Shown here piece by piece: positions 1 to 13,662 of a stretch of 64,000 nt of DNA; position 1 is the stretch's first letter, and each line of letters begins with the position of its first letter. Position numbers and translations under genes: made by a program. Below the pieces are notes generated by a model, which saw nothing but the letters and a program-made list of their open reading frames with translations, was not told the DNA's origin and made no database searches. Origin of the DNA: Vezdaea acicularis (Eukaryota); assembly GCA_026025075.1 (NCBI GenBank), contig JAPEUI010000056.1, positions 1 through 64,000 on the forward strand, read 5' to 3'.

Positions 1-118
1 CCTAACCCTAACCCTAACCCTAACCCTAACCCTAACCCTAACCCTAACCCTAACCCTAACCCTAACCCTAACCCTAACCCTAACCCTAACCCTAACCCTA
101 ACCCTAACCCTAACCCTA
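1..118. repeat. Telomeric repeat array (CCCTAA)n / (TTAGGG)n; chromosome end
   Basis: About 19-20 perfect CCCTAA units from base 1, C-rich strand 5' as expected for a left chromosome end. Confidence 0.99.
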
Positions 119-1304
119 AAAACGCTTCGGCCATCGATTTGAACGCCAACACGGGCACTAGTGCAGTCACCAAAGCCTGGACTACGCGCAAACGAACTTT
201 TTCAAGCGTTTAAGCTCAAGTTTTGATCTTATTGCCAGTTCTATGCTGCAAGTAGCTCCTCGCCTCGCTTATTGCTTACGTCGAAATTCGTCAATTTATG
301 CGTCTTATAAGCGAGTGTTGTTGTCTCGCCCTAACCCCTGATTCTGCGCAGCGCATAGGTGATGGTCGGGCAAAAAACGATCGGCGCTGACACCAACATG
401 GCCATACGGGTGTGCGAGTTGTCATTGGGACGCGCCGGCGTGGACGCGGCCCAGCTAGACGCAACAACTAGCATCCCGACATGCAGAAGTGAAAGGGAAC
501 TATTGCAGGATCATTCGTGATCACACGCAAATCAGTCGACCGCTAACAATTCTAGATTCCACACGACCTCTTTGACCAACACAAGCATCAGATTACTCGT
601 TCCCTAAATAAAATTAGCAAATCACAACTCGCAGTGTTGAGCCGCGCCTCGAATAAGATGATCATATTTTCATTCTTTCTATGCGGCTATACCTTTGCGC
701 ACTACTAGGTTACTGGAGATCCTCAATTCCGTGCAACCGTTACCATTGATGACCAGACCCGTCGTGGCTAGTGAAATGTTTCCTCGGATGGAATGGCGGA
801 CTGAGCCACATCACTTGGATCTGCAGGTTGTTCTTCCATGCCAGCCTCGGTATTGTTTACGTGTCGCCACATGTCTGCGCCACACAGATGGTTCTTGGTG
901 GGGCATGATCGACGTGGGCTTGCCGTGGCTGTGCAGTCCATCTTACGTCACGATGTGATACGCATGGAGAATTTCCGTCATACTCGGCTGCATACAACAA
1001 ACACCCATGGCAAATCACATCAAGCTTACCAGCTCGCCATTGGTTACTCTCTTGGCTATCATTATGTATTATATCATGTTCTGGCCATGGGATTCCGCTT
1101 TAGAGGAAGTCTAGCCTTCGTCGCAGTGCTTGCATCCCTCGCGATTATCAGATCCTTGTGAACACATCGTAACAGGTTTTCTGGATGGCCCACATTATGA
1201 GTCCCTGATCCCTCTTATAAACCTTCCCTGCCCATTGTTTACTCCAGTTCCGCATAATACATATTTATTCATCAAAAGTGACCTGAGCCGTCTCAACTTT
1301 AGAT

Positions 1305-2280
1305 ATGGCCGTAGGTGGCGCGTTCCTTCGGGGCCTACAGACCGTGCTTCGCTCTGTCCAATTCCTTGCCTCTGTGCTCTCACTTGCGATATTCGCCTAC
1401 TTCATCAGCGTGTTTGCGAATCATGAAACGACTATACCCCGATGGATTGAAGCATGTACCGGCATCTCTGCAGCCGCGATCATCTACACTGCCTTCGCGA
1501 TTGTGCTGACATGCTGCCTCGGTGGTGTCATGTTCTTCGCATTCGTGGCTATGGTGCTTGATGTTTGCTTCATTGGTGCCTTCACGGCTATCGCTATCCT
1601 TGACAGAGGTGGAGCTCATTCAACTTGTAACGGAATGGTAGTAACGGACGGGGCGAGCTCGGGCAGTTCTCAAGCAACCGGGCTCCATTTTGATCCCACT
1701 GCGCAACGGGATTGTCGATTGCAAAAGGGAACATTTGCAGTCGCGATAATCAACATGTAGGCTACCTCAATCTAGTGCTGGGATTACCAGATACTAGACC
1801 ACGCCCACTCCAATCAGAATGCATGCTGACACCTCTAGAATCCTATTCATCATTACGCTGTTCGTGCAGCTAGCAATCGGCAGGCATCACCAAAGGGAGA
1901 AACGATATGGCCCCTCCCCTGCCAATAATTATACGTCCGGATCTCCTCGTGGTTCGAGATTTGGTCGGAAAGAACGACACGGGGAAGACGCAGAATTGGG
2001 GGCTGCAGCCCTCGCAACGGATAGAACTCATCCAGCATTTCGTCCGTCGCGGGATTCCGAGTATACGGGCTCTACCGTGATAGGTCCTGAAGAGTCATAT
2101 GGCGGAAGTCGTACCAAGTTTGGCCATATTGCCAACGGTGGCCACGGTTATGGAGCTAACGGAGCGAGTGGAATGAATGGGATGAATGACAGTTACGGCC
2201 GCAGAGCCGACGGTGGCTATGGTGATGCCAGCTATGATAGGCCCGTCAGCGGGCCAGTGAACGGGCACACTAACTTCTGA
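1305..2280 (+). CDS. MARVEL-domain membrane protein, 2 exons (1305-1756, 1839-2280)
   Basis: Four hydrophobic segments (LRSVQFLASVLSLAIFAYF ... LDVCFIGAFTAIAIL). GTAGGC...GCTGAC...TAG intron 1757-1838 joins the two ORFs in frame. Tail contains YGPSPANNYTSG, typical of fungal MARVEL proteins. Confidence 0.8.
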
Positions 2281-2400
2281 ATTAGTGGCTGGTCCTAATC
2301 GTCGAGGGTCTCTCATCGGTCGGGCATATTGATATCGAGTACTTGCCTTCATCATAAGCGGTCAAAGATATCACGGCTCAGGGTAACACTTATGCCTAGG

Positions 2401-2442
2401 TCGGGCCAGCTCCTTCGGTCCAGTGCCGTCGGTCCAGTGCCG
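2401..2442. repeat. 14-bp tandem repeat (TCGGTCCAGTGCCG x2 plus one degenerate copy)
   Basis: Exact copies at 2415-2428 and 2429-2442; degenerate TCGGGCCAGCTCCT at 2401-2414. Confidence 0.7.
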
Positions 2443-4201
2443 ATGTACTCGAACGCTGGTGACAACTAAGACGTCGATCTTACTTGAGCATACCGCTCTA
2501 GCTTACCTGTGTATATCCAGGATTTAAGATTGTCTTTAGCATCAACGCTAGGCCACAAAGAAAGCTGTTCAGGAAGAAAAGGCCCAACCAGCGGAAGAGA
2601 GCCTCCAAAGAGCACTGACAGGCACGCAGCGCCTTTGCCTGTTCTCCCGGAACGCTAAAATCGCGCGGAGCTGGTCGGTTGTCTCTGGATAAGGGAGAAG
2701 TGGAGGTCATCGATGGTGTCATCTACAATAAAGCTAGCTTCTGCAATGCCTAGGATGTCGAGGTAGAGATGCGGAGTTGCCCAAGGTCGAGGAGTTGAGG
2801 AGGTTCGAAATTTGGCGTCAACTGGCAGTTACATTTAAAAGATCATTTGATACGACATCTAGGAATTGATTCCTTCGCTCTCGTCTTGTTCTAATGGCGA
2901 TGTTATCCAGAGTGGTCCAATGTCTTCCTTCGCGCCTTACATTCCTTGCGTGAGATAATTGCAAAGTTTGCTCCCAGGTTGTTCCAAGATTGTCTCTACA
3001 TCGATCAGTGGTTAGCATTGTCACTTGACCCAAACGAACACTCCATAGTCAAATCGGTCCTTTGGTGAATCAGATATCACAACTGTCAACGTGAGGAAAC
3101 GATTTGTCGATGGTCGATAATCGACAGACTCTTCTCTTGATCTTTGTTGCGAAGCGTGCTCCGCAAAAAGCAAACAGGTCGGCCTCCTCACCGCCTCAGG
3201 GTTCAGAGCCCTCCAATAGCATAATACCAGTCGGGTTCGCGAATCACGTCGATCGTGCATAAGCATCTTCCCTTGTCCCCGTTGATCCCGTCCGCCTGTC
3301 TCCTCTGTCCAGCGATGATCGCGCACTGCTCACGGGCAAGCATCGGCGGGATGCACCGCACCTTGCTTTTGAGGAGAGAGCACGTTTCGCAATGATTGGA
3401 GTTGAAGCCATCTCGAGCTTTTCGCCGCCACCAGCCTGTACCTGGCCCTCACCATGATCCTATCAAAGCCTGACAGCGCCCCCAAGCAGCGGTCGACTAC
3501 CGGCGAGTTGTGGCGATCGACAGTCTAGCAAAATAGAGGACAACGGCCATAACCCGAACGAAAGATACAGCATTCAATGTGGTTTGTTGATGGCGGGGCC
3601 TCGAAAACCTTGAGACTGGAAGCCAATGGAGGCTTGCTTCGGAGTAACGGGTTGACGTAGGCGTACGAGAACCAATGTCTGGCTGTATTTCTGCCACGTT
3701 TGGCGTCATTGTGCACGGTGAGGAAGAAAGAGAGACGTAGGCTTGGAACGTCTTTTTGTTTGCCGCTTTCCCTCTGTTTCTCTCGCTTGAGGGCAGAAAG
3801 GCAAACCCATCCTTTGCCATTCCTCCATCAGACCGCAACTCAATCCTCATCTTCCACTGCTAGGAGCTCAAATAGCGAGCGACGTACGGCCGAACATAGC
3901 AACCCATCGCAGGGCCATTCTCAAGAACGTGGTCGAACGTGCAACGACTGGCAGCGCAGCCTTGGTGCATTTCTGCATTATCTGCATTTCGGTGTAGGGT
4001 TCAAGAAACTCTCCGTGGGCTCAACACAATCCGCACCCCGGCTCTCCCACCTCCCCGCCACCAGTAGAGGATTGACCCGCTCCCTTCCTTCCACTGAACA
4101 ACTTCCTTACCAGTCCCAGCTACTGCAGCTGCGAACGAGAAACCCCCCCATCACCCGCCCATACCTCGAGCACGTTGCCCTCATCAATCAATGTCCGCTC
4201 C

Positions 4202-7200
4202 ATGTCAACCCCCCTTCCTCCACTTAATACCGCACCACGCCCGTCTGAAGGGGCTTCAGATGATGCGATCACTCGACAAGCCCTGGCGAGACCCAAAACG
4301 ATAACAATTGGTGCTGGACCATCGGCCTGGGCAAAGAGCTTACCTACACTGGGAACGAATTTCGTGAACGATTATGCAGGACAACCGCAAGACGGTCCCA
4401 TTCTGCAAGCGACTCGACCATTGGGAGCTCCTGAAAGCCCCAAGTCAACCCTAACCCTTCCTCCTCAGGAAGGGAGCAATGGCTCTTTACCAATAACAGC
4501 AGATGCGAGGGCTGTGAACGTCATCTCTTCGGCTTCTCAAGCAAACGCTCCCTCAGACCGCCTTGTCATTCAGGCAAGCGCTCAACCAATTCGCCCGAAC
4601 GGTATATGTGGAGGCCAGGATCCAAGTTGGGAATATTCTTACGATATACAAGGAGAAAATAGGTCAAGCCCATTGACCCGTCACCGTAGTTTACTGCACT
4701 CTGTCCCTCGCACGGCTGGAGGCTCAGCGGAGCGAACTGAGAAGGAGCGAAGGGTCCATAACATCCTACCCCCATTTATAAGTCCTGTCGACACACCACG
4801 CGATCGCCCATCGACGCCTTACGGTATTGAATTCCCGCGGATGGAAGACTCGGACAGAGGGCGACAAGAGCCTGGCAAAAACAAGAATCAGCCTTGGCAA
4901 GATGGACACCGCGGTGAGAAAGCGTGGTCTATCGGCGATGAGAGGGATGACAGTCGAGGCAGGGACCAGCAAGGCGCGGTGGAAAAATCCATTGCCGCAA
5001 CTTTAGCAAATACGGAAACAAATTCAAGGACTAGAAAGACAAGTCATAGCCTTGGACTCTTCAAGGAGAATGCTCCTCCTCATGAACACAGGAAGCGTGA
5101 ATCCCGACGAGATCGTGCGGCACGAGAACCAGTTGTAGAAGTTAGAGGATCACGGCAGGGTGAGTCTGGGGATGCTATGGTAGACGGAGGAGAAACCCCA
5201 ATTGCTGCGAAGACACCAAGGTCAACGAAAAAAGTCGAGGGCCTGGAAGGGTCGCACGCTGAGAAGCTTGCGCTTGCTCTACAGCCCACCGCGGATCAGC
5301 AGCGCCTCCAAACCGACGATGGCGCCTTCGACGAGCAGGTGGAGAAGCCCAAAGCGAACTCTCCTCACGTCAACGATTCTTTCCCCTTGACAGACGCTTC
5401 GTACGCTCCTTACTCCAAGCCTCCATTGAGCAAACCAGCCGACCATCAATCATACGCGCCCGATGCAACCTCTGCGAGCGATTTAGAACCCTTGCAAACT
5501 AAGACACTCCATCAGCAGACTCACAACTATCTTCATGTATCTCCTGGCTCAGGTCGCGAGACATTCCCTCCAAAGAGCATTTCTTCTAAATCTTCAGGGA
5601 ACGACATAAGAGAGACTAGCCACTTCAAGGGTTTAGGGTCAAAGCCACATCAAACCGTGCAACATTCAAAATCAAATACTGTAGCAGAAGAATCCCTGCC
5701 AGAAACATCGCCACCACACATTGGAGATGAGGAAGATGAGTCTGAGCATGATGAGGTCACTGGCGCTCTTTATTTTCCACATCAAGTATCTTCGTGGGGA
5801 CCACTCGGTGGCACTATACCAAGTGAGGAATCGAGCCCTGAGATCCTTCAAGATAAGCTATCTCATGTTGAGAATGGTGATGCGTCTTCCCGACAGCGCC
5901 CGCAAAAAAGAGAAGAGGGTGCTACGGTCGGTGAGGTCGACATATCCTTTCAAACTGAGGATGAGAAAAGCCACCTACACGGTGATATTAGACCTCCAAA
6001 AACTCCATTAAGTGATAGTGAGCGAACGTATCTCTCTACCTCAGAAAAGGGATATTCGTCAACATCAGAATCCGAGTACGAGTCTTGGGATGAGGGCGTT
6101 GGACGCATTGGCGAAGAATCCAGCCTGACCGATGATGCCGACACAACTCCTACTGCCACGCCTAAAGTTCATACACCCATCAGACGGCATAAGCACCATC
6201 GACCGCATCAACACAGATATCATCACGAAGCTCCAACGCCGGTTGGAGCGGTCGAGTTGAAGCCATACAAGCATCAAGTAGGAGGCCACACAACCGTCTT
6301 CCGTTTCTCTCGGCGTGCAGTTTGCAAATCTCTTAGTAATCGCGAAAACGAATTTTACGAGACTGTTGAGCGTAGGCATCGGGAGTTGCTACCATTCTTA
6401 CCAAGGTATGTTTCATCTATCATCACTATCCTCAGAAAGCTTTCTAAAGCTGAGTTTTGAGCAAAGATCTATGTCCCACTTCGGCTCCTTTTCCTTGAAA
6501 GGTTTTTTAATTGCTAACGGAGTGCTTTAAAATTTATATTAGATATATTGGAGTCCTTAACGTCACTTACCGCCGGGCACCAAAGCGGAAGAAAACAAAA
6601 GTGATCAATCAGGATGGGAACGAGATCGAGAATGGACAGCATTATGTGCCAGCCGCTGAAAGTACGCAGCAAGGTGGCTCCCGTGCAACAAAGGATACTC
6701 AGCAGCAGACCTTTCCGGATGAACCAATCGATCAGGTTCATCAACCTCGGATTGTCAGTCACTCACAACAGGTCATGCCTACGCCGCAAGTCATCTTCGC
6801 AAATAATCGACATATCATACCAGACAATCTATTTAGCCTACCAAAGTCGAATGACCTAAAAGCACCGTTCACGAATGGCCTTGTTCCGACACCGTCTCAT
6901 ATAGATCGGTCCCTTGACCCAGATCCAAAGAAAAAACCGCTGTCGCGGGAGAATGAGGCATCAAGGCCTAGCCTTGGAAAGCACCATGCGAGCTGGGGTG
7001 CAACTACTGTTAACCGCAAGCTTCAAGAACAAGTTTTGCGAGAGGTATTCAGTACTCCGACCATACAGCATCCCCACCGTCATGGCCAGACTCCTCATCA
7101 CTCTTCCAGCCATCCGCCAGAGTCTGGATTGCTCTCACAAACAAGAACTCTCGAACCGGCGGACTTCCCACCTCGTCGTAATAGCGTCGATATCATCAAT

Positions 7201-8520
7201 GTTGCTCATCAAGACTCGGAACAGTCACCTCGGAGAATGGCTCTCAAGAATGAGACAGAACGAAAAAGAAGCGCTCAGAATTCATTAGTCGATGTCGCTG
7301 CTCCATCGATGCCCGCATTTGGTGAATTTCCTCTTCCGGAACATATCGAGAAGGCTTCTGCTCCACGCCCGATCAAGAGACGCCATTCAGGTGGCGGTTT
7401 ACGGCGTAGAGGCACTACTGTTGATAGCCATGATAGGGGCGAGCTTGCATATTACGAGGATGATGGCTATGGCGGTGATAAGGAAGACGAGATATTTCCA
7501 GTAGACCACGACCGATCACTAGAAGTCACTCACGGTACCGAGGACTCCCATAAGCCGGCTCTCGTCAACGGCAACAGTGAGGCCGCCAATGGAATTAATT
7601 CTGATAATGAGAACCAACGTATCATAGGCAGGGAAATAACAAAAGGAGATTTCGCAGATCCAATACTCCATCCGATTAGTCCGGTAAATCCAAAACAGGC
7701 GCAATTGAACCCTGATGAGTATGTTACACATTTCTTGCTGCTCGAAGATCTTACATCTGGCATGAGGCGTCCTTGTGTCCTGGACCTCAAGATGGGAACG
7801 AGACAATACGGTATCGATGCAACACCAAAAAAGCAAAAATCTCAGAGAAGGAAGGGCGCGGAAACTACTTCAGTCGAGCTTGGAGTGAGGCTTTGCGGGA
7901 TGCAAGTATGGAATCTATCTGATGAGACTTATCTTTATCAAGACAAGTATTATGGACGAAGCCTTAAGCCGGGGCGTGAATTTCAAGAAGCATTGACACG
8001 ATTCTTGTTTGATGGTATAAGTTACGATAGCGTGTTGAGGCATATTCCCGTCCTGCTCAAGAAGCTGACCAGTCTGGAGAATATGATTCGAAGTCTGAGG
8101 GGATATCGGTTTTACGCTAGCAGCTTGCTCATCCTCTATGATGGAAACCCCGATGATCAAGCAAAAGGAAATCCGCATAGCCGGCGGTCTTCAACGAGTC
8201 ATGGAATTTCAGGCATTACTGAACAGAAAGCCAAGTCTAATCTAGAGATCAAAATCGTCGATTTTGCCAACTGTGTCACCGCGGAGGACGTTATTCCAGA
8301 AGACTGCCCCTGTCCACCCAAGGAACCCGACGGGGTTGACAAAGGCTACCTACGGGGGTTACGTTCGCTGAAGATGTATTTTGGACAGATATGGAGGGAA
8401 TTGCAGGTAGATGTTGAGTCAGAATGGCCGAAGGGGAAAGCAAGGAGTGTGAGCCAGGCTATTGACGAGAGGTGGCTCAAGTACAGTCCAGATGATGAAC
8501 TAAGCGATACCAGTATGTAA
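4202..8520 (+). CDS. KCS1: Inositol hexakisphosphate/polyphosphate kinase Kcs1
   Basis: Motifs [38 protein letters not shown] (PxxxDxKxG), FYASSLL and IVDFAN. Intron about 6406-6542 (GTATGT...GCTAAC...TAG) gives [10 protein letters not shown]. Confidence 0.93.
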
Positions 8521-9621
8521 GCTGAGGTCTGAAGATCTGTCTTGGTTCATTCAGAGCCGCCTTACGAAGTATGATGGGGATTTGTCGGACAATGGAATGT
8601 TCATGGGAATACGAAGTATCCGGTTCCTTCGCCATATGGCGATGTCGGGCACTTGATCCCGTACCCAACAGTATTTATTGTGCGCGTTGTGAGTACGAGC
8701 CTCACTTAGCGGGCGTTGGAGTCAATTTATACTTGTTGCTGCTCATGAAGCTATGCTATGTCCTCGTATTCGTTGTTGGCGCCACTCATGCGTCGCTCCT
8801 GAAAAAAATACCAAGCACCAGCGTAGAATCGAGGACTAGAGTGCTTGCCTCTCAAAGATTTCCTTAAAGAGTGAGAACTTTGTGACTCCCGAATAATTCT
8901 ATCCTCCAAGCTAGAGCCTGAAGCCATTTTCACACAATTTTTCACGCCATATCTGGTGTGTCGAAAAGCAATCTAGTAGCAAGGCTGTTCTAAATTGCGA
9001 AAAGAATAGTTTCAAAAACACTCGAGTTCCACAAAGTCAATTTGCCCAGCCGCATTTATAACTTTCAACACCGCGAGCTTATCTCAAATTCCTATGCGAA
9101 TTCTGGGCTAAATATCCCTGCTCTCTGCCTGGCGGCATCATTAATTTAGACAAATCTGCCATTCTTATGTGAAACCTGGTATTGGTCTGGAAACATCGCA
9201 ACCGAACTCAACCCCAAGAGTGGGGGTTAGTAACCTTTTAACCTCGGTGTCAAAGTTAGGCGAACAAATCGCCCGCGAGATTGACACGTCTGAAACAGAG
9301 GCCATAACTTACATGTTCGGCATGTTTCAAGGCTGCACATGTAGTTCCAGTTCGCACATTTTAGATGATTCTATGCTTCAAATTCGGAATGTCTACATAA
9401 CATTTACTAAATCAATTCGACGGCCCCTTGAATTTGACGCGGTTTAGGCGTAGTAGTTGTGGTTCATGATTACGGATCTCAAGACCCGCGATCGCATATT
9501 GATTACAACCCTACCATCAACGGAAAACTCTTGTCGTCGTTGGATATAGGCAGCGAACCAATGATGATACTGCAACCCTTCCGTTCTCCACTGGATGTAG
9601 AGTGTCCCTTCCGAAAAAGCG

Positions 9622-11294
9622 ATGCCACCAGCAGAGGATGCTCATTACGTTCCACCATGGGCGAATACAAGCATAATTGGAATCTCCGGGGCGTCAGGAT
9701 CAGGCAAAACCTCACTGGCCGTTGAGATTGTATCTTCTTTGAATCTACCCTGGGTAGTCATCTTGTCAATGGTACATATTGCTATGGCGGTTCCAGGTGT
9801 TCTTTTTAGTAAATTTCATGCGTTCTAAGAAGCTCTCATAGGATGCATTTTATAAGCCACTAAATAAGGAAGAGCATGAATTGGCTCACCGGAACGAATA
9901 TGATTTCGATTCACCAAACGCAATAGACTTTGACACGTTGGTGTCCAACATTCGAGACCTAAAGCAAGGGTACGCTGGTCTCCGTTAATGCAGGTGAAAT
10001 TGATGCTGATTCTCATACAGCAAAAGAGCAGAGATCCCAATCTATTCCTTCTCAAGACATCAGCGCGAGGAAGAGACAACTTCCATCTACGCGCCCCACG
10101 TTTTGATTCTAGAAGGCATCTTTGCCTTGTACGATCAGCGCGTGCTGGACCTATTAGACTTGAAGGCACTAGACTCTTTGATACCTGCGGATTTCTGCTG
10201 ATCAGTGATCTAGATATTCGCTGAAGCAGATGCGGACACTTGTCTGGCGCGGAGAAGTGAGCTCGAGCCTGTGGTCGAAAAGGGATCGTCAGGCTGACTC
10301 TGGGCTAGTCACAAGAGATGTTCGAACGAGAGGCCGAGATATCGAAGGCTGTATCAAACAATGGTTTGCTTATGTAAAACCTAATTTCGAACGTTATGTG
10401 CAGCCGCAAAGGACAAAGGCTGACATTATTGTACCTCGGGGTATCGAGAACAAAGTTGCAATTGGTAATGTGCAGATCTTAGCCGTGACCCGAGCTCTAC
10501 CTTCTTATTTCCTAACAATAACGTAGACATGGTTGTGAAGCATATCCAGCGCACTCTTCGTGAGAAATCCGAAAAGCACAGCGCCGACCTGCAAAGACTT
10601 GGGAAAGGTGTCGTCGACGAACCCCTTGGTGAGAAGGTCTTGCTTATGAAAGCGACGCCACAGCTGGTAGGAATGAGCACTATTCTACATAATCCAAATA
10701 CGGGTTTGGAGAACTTCATATTCTACTTTGATCGTCTAGCCACCCTGTTGATAGAGCGGTACGCCGCCCCAAATTAAAGTTGTAGGTGCTATCGAGTTAA
10801 TGAGGCGTAGGGCAATGGACAACGTTGGATTCCGCTCGAAACGGGTTACAACCCCTCGATATGACGGTTATAATGGCCTCACTCCCGCTGGAGAAGTCAG
10901 TGCTGTAGTGGTCCTTCGTGGTGGCTCCGCTCTTGAATCTGGCCTAAAGCGTGTCATTCCTTCATGCTCGACTGGTCGCATCCTCGTGCAATCTTCATTC
11001 CGTACCGGCGAGCCAGAACTGCACTACCTGAAACTTCCTGAAGGCATCAGCTCTCATGAGAGTGTCCTACTCCTAGATGCACAAATGAGCAGTGGAGGTG
11101 CAGCTTTAATGGCCGTGCGGGTGTTGTTAGATCACGGAGTACAGGAAGGAAAAATTGTCTTGGTCACGTATCTGGCCGGGAGAATGGGCTTAAACAGGTT
11201 GACCAAAGTTTATCCTCAGATAAAGGTCGTTGTAGGAGAGGTGATAGGAGATTTCGAGGAAAGGTGGGTGGAAGAAAGATATTTTGGGTGCTAG
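9622..11294 (+). CDS. URK1: Uridine kinase with C-terminal UPRTase-like domain, multi-exon
   Basis: HYVPPW, P-loop GISGASGSGKT, YDFDSPNAIDFD, LILEGI, RDVRTRGRD, FIFYFDRL, GEPELHYLKLP, LLLDAQMSSGGAALMAV and C-terminal RYFGC. Introns join these segments in frame. Confidence 0.93.
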
Positions 11295-11972
11295 AATGGC
11301 TCCTGCCGGTTGGTCCAAGTACGGATCTAAGGGTAAAAAATATTGCTGCCTCAATAATATCTAAAGACAGAGAATGAACGAGTCAAAATAAACTGTTCTG
11401 GCCAGCGGAGTTCACCCCACATCACGCTGTCAAGCAGATGTCGACCACCGCAGGAGGACAGTAGAGAGACGACAGCTCGACGATGCTCGAATGGATGTGG
11501 CTACTTCAGACGTAGATATCCTGCCATCATTCGTGTTAAAATACATTTCTTCGTCACGAGTGGCGTTTGTAGTGTGTAAAATCAAAATGCTAAATCTTCA
11601 AAGAACGTTCCTGTCTACATACCAAATGTCCAACTCGCAGCAGGGTAACGCAACCTGAAAATGGAAGAATTGCGATGCATGCAGTTCAATACCGAAGCTA
11701 AGCGGGACATCTGTGTATCAGTGACTTTCTTTATTTCGAGGACTAAGGTTCGTAAAGTGGCTTCAAGAGAGGGAGTTGTCCTACAAAGACTTAACCAACC
11801 GCAAAACCTGAGATAGCAGCCGCTTTGGTTTGCCTTCACTATTTTGCCAACTGAGGCATTGGAACATGGCCTACTATGGTACTGCATTACCCTCATCCCT
11901 AATAGTGGTGAACGCAATTATTGATAATATATACAGAGCACAGGTCGCCTCCTCGACTGTTCGACGCTCATC

Positions 11973-12779
11973 CTACTTCGTCCTTACAATCTTCAATCTC
12001 TTCGGGCTATGCAAGAAGTTGTTCGCATACGCCTTAGGCAGAATCTTCCTTTCATTCGGCTCCTGCACATAATACTCATATCCTTGCTTCGTCGCAAAGT
12101 TGATCGCATCTTCCTTGCTCTTAAAATTGATACGCGTGCCTTGCATGAAATCAGCCGATGATTGCCAGCCCATCAGAGGGTTCTCCCATCGATATCCTTT
12201 TGAAAGGATATCCCAGTCCATACGCCACGTGCTTTCGTGCCAAGCGCCAGATTGTGTTGCCGGTTTGGCTTCTTGATATATACTTTACAAGGATCAGCAT
12301 ACCATTGACTCGGCTTGGGAAAAGTGGTGGGACATTTAACTCCACCAATTTGACTTACCGGACGCTACGTCCTTGAAGTTCGTTGGGTGCGCCTGATAGA
12401 ACGGCGGCGGGGAGAGAAAGGCCGGGTTCGCTCCCATCCATTACATGTTTTGGTACTGGCGAGAAGAGGCTGTAAACGAACCCATTAGCAAGGCAGATAG
12501 CATCAATAAACGATCTGACGCTTACGATGTTCCATGATCGATGGGTGTGTCGTAGTCGGGCTGGTTATGAGGAAACGGAAGCTCCGAGGGCCTGTCATCC
12601 TTGACAGCAGTGGGGCGTTCAGAGACGACAGGCGTTGAAGGTTTGTCACCAATAGGAGATGACTCTTTGTCGGTCGCAAAGCGGGCCAGCAATGAAGGTT
12701 GCAGACGCCTTTTAGGTAGGATGGTACGTGGAATTGACACCCGTAGGGTCGCCATTGCGGAGGGCGTTGTGTATGCCAT
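11973..12779 (-). CDS. NDUFS4: NADH:ubiquinone oxidoreductase 21 kDa subunit (NDUFS4/NUYM), 3 exons
   Basis: Mitochondrial presequence-like N-terminus, LSGAPNELQGRSVRIYQEAKPATQSG, RWENPLMGWQSSAD, F.SKEDAINFATKQGYEY and KAYANNF. Confidence 0.93.
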
Positions 12780-13022
12780 ACGGAGAGGTTGTCAATCTAT
12801 GAGGCGCACGTAAATCCCAATCGCGAAAATAGATTAGTCAGCCCTCGTGCTCTGCAATCTCCATCACTCCAATTCTAACCACATACACGATCGCTTTCTG
12901 ATCTCATAATCCAATCCGAGAACCAGCAATTCTTAGCAAGTACGCCCTTTGCCACTCTCTTCATATACTCAAGATCTCTTCATGACAATGTTTGAATGCT
13001 AACCAGCCAAGATTCTGCAACA

Positions 13023-13662
13023 ATGAGCTTCGTAATTCGTCGAAGTCTCTCTACCCTCATTCCTCCGAAGGTATGAATCTTCATCCAATTCGCATTCCAT
13101 GAGCTCTAACTGAGTCATTCACAGGTTGCTTCACCTAACGTAAGTATTTCACCGCCGTTGGAGCCAAATCGCATGTCTAGCAAAAGCATCCGCTCCAGCA
13201 CCCATGCCTTACTTCGATAAGCATCCCCTTGGGGGTCGGCGACAAGCTACGTCGATGCACAATGGTACATGGTTGGCGAGTAAGGCTGACCTCTTCCTTC
13301 AGGGAATTGGAGCCGCACAAGATGCCGTGCGGATGCAGAATGTGGTCAGCTTTTACGAGAAGCTTCCTAGGGGAGCGGCTCCAGAGATAAAAGCAAAAGG
13401 GCTGCTAGAAAGATATCGGGCACGTTATTTCGGAAAGAATGCCTCTGCAATGCGTGCGTTACCTTACTCTACTTCTACAAGCCTCCTATGCGTTGCTAAC
13501 TGTTTCAACGTAGCTATTGTGCATGTTATTGCCAGTCTTATGGCATTGGGCTATGGAATGGAATACTTCTTCCATCTTCGACACCACAAGAATAACGCGT
13601 AAGCAAGTCTTCACTCTCTCTAGATTCGAATCTGACATACATGTTTGCAACCTAGTCACTAG
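13023..13662 (+). CDS. ATP17: Mitochondrial ATP synthase subunit f, 5 exons (13023-13070, 13125-13139, 13303-13453, 13514-13598, 13656-13662)
   Basis: Spliced product [45 protein letters not shown]...RYRARYFGKNASAMP...GYGMEYFFHLRHHKNNAH; all introns GT-AG with branch motifs. Confidence 0.93.

Noticed and set aside
2498..3850. Several minus-strand ORFs, one flanked by splice-like signals (2498-2722)
   Set aside because: No coherent spliced product or known motif could be assembled.
3700..4227. 175-aa ORF overlapping the KCS1 start, as a possible regulatory uORF
   Set aside because: It has no ATG start and no recognisable features; more likely 5' UTR or promoter.
13140..13302. Longer ATP17 intron as a possible snoRNA host
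   Set aside because: No box C with a matching D box or rRNA complement found; the only CTGA belongs to the branch point.
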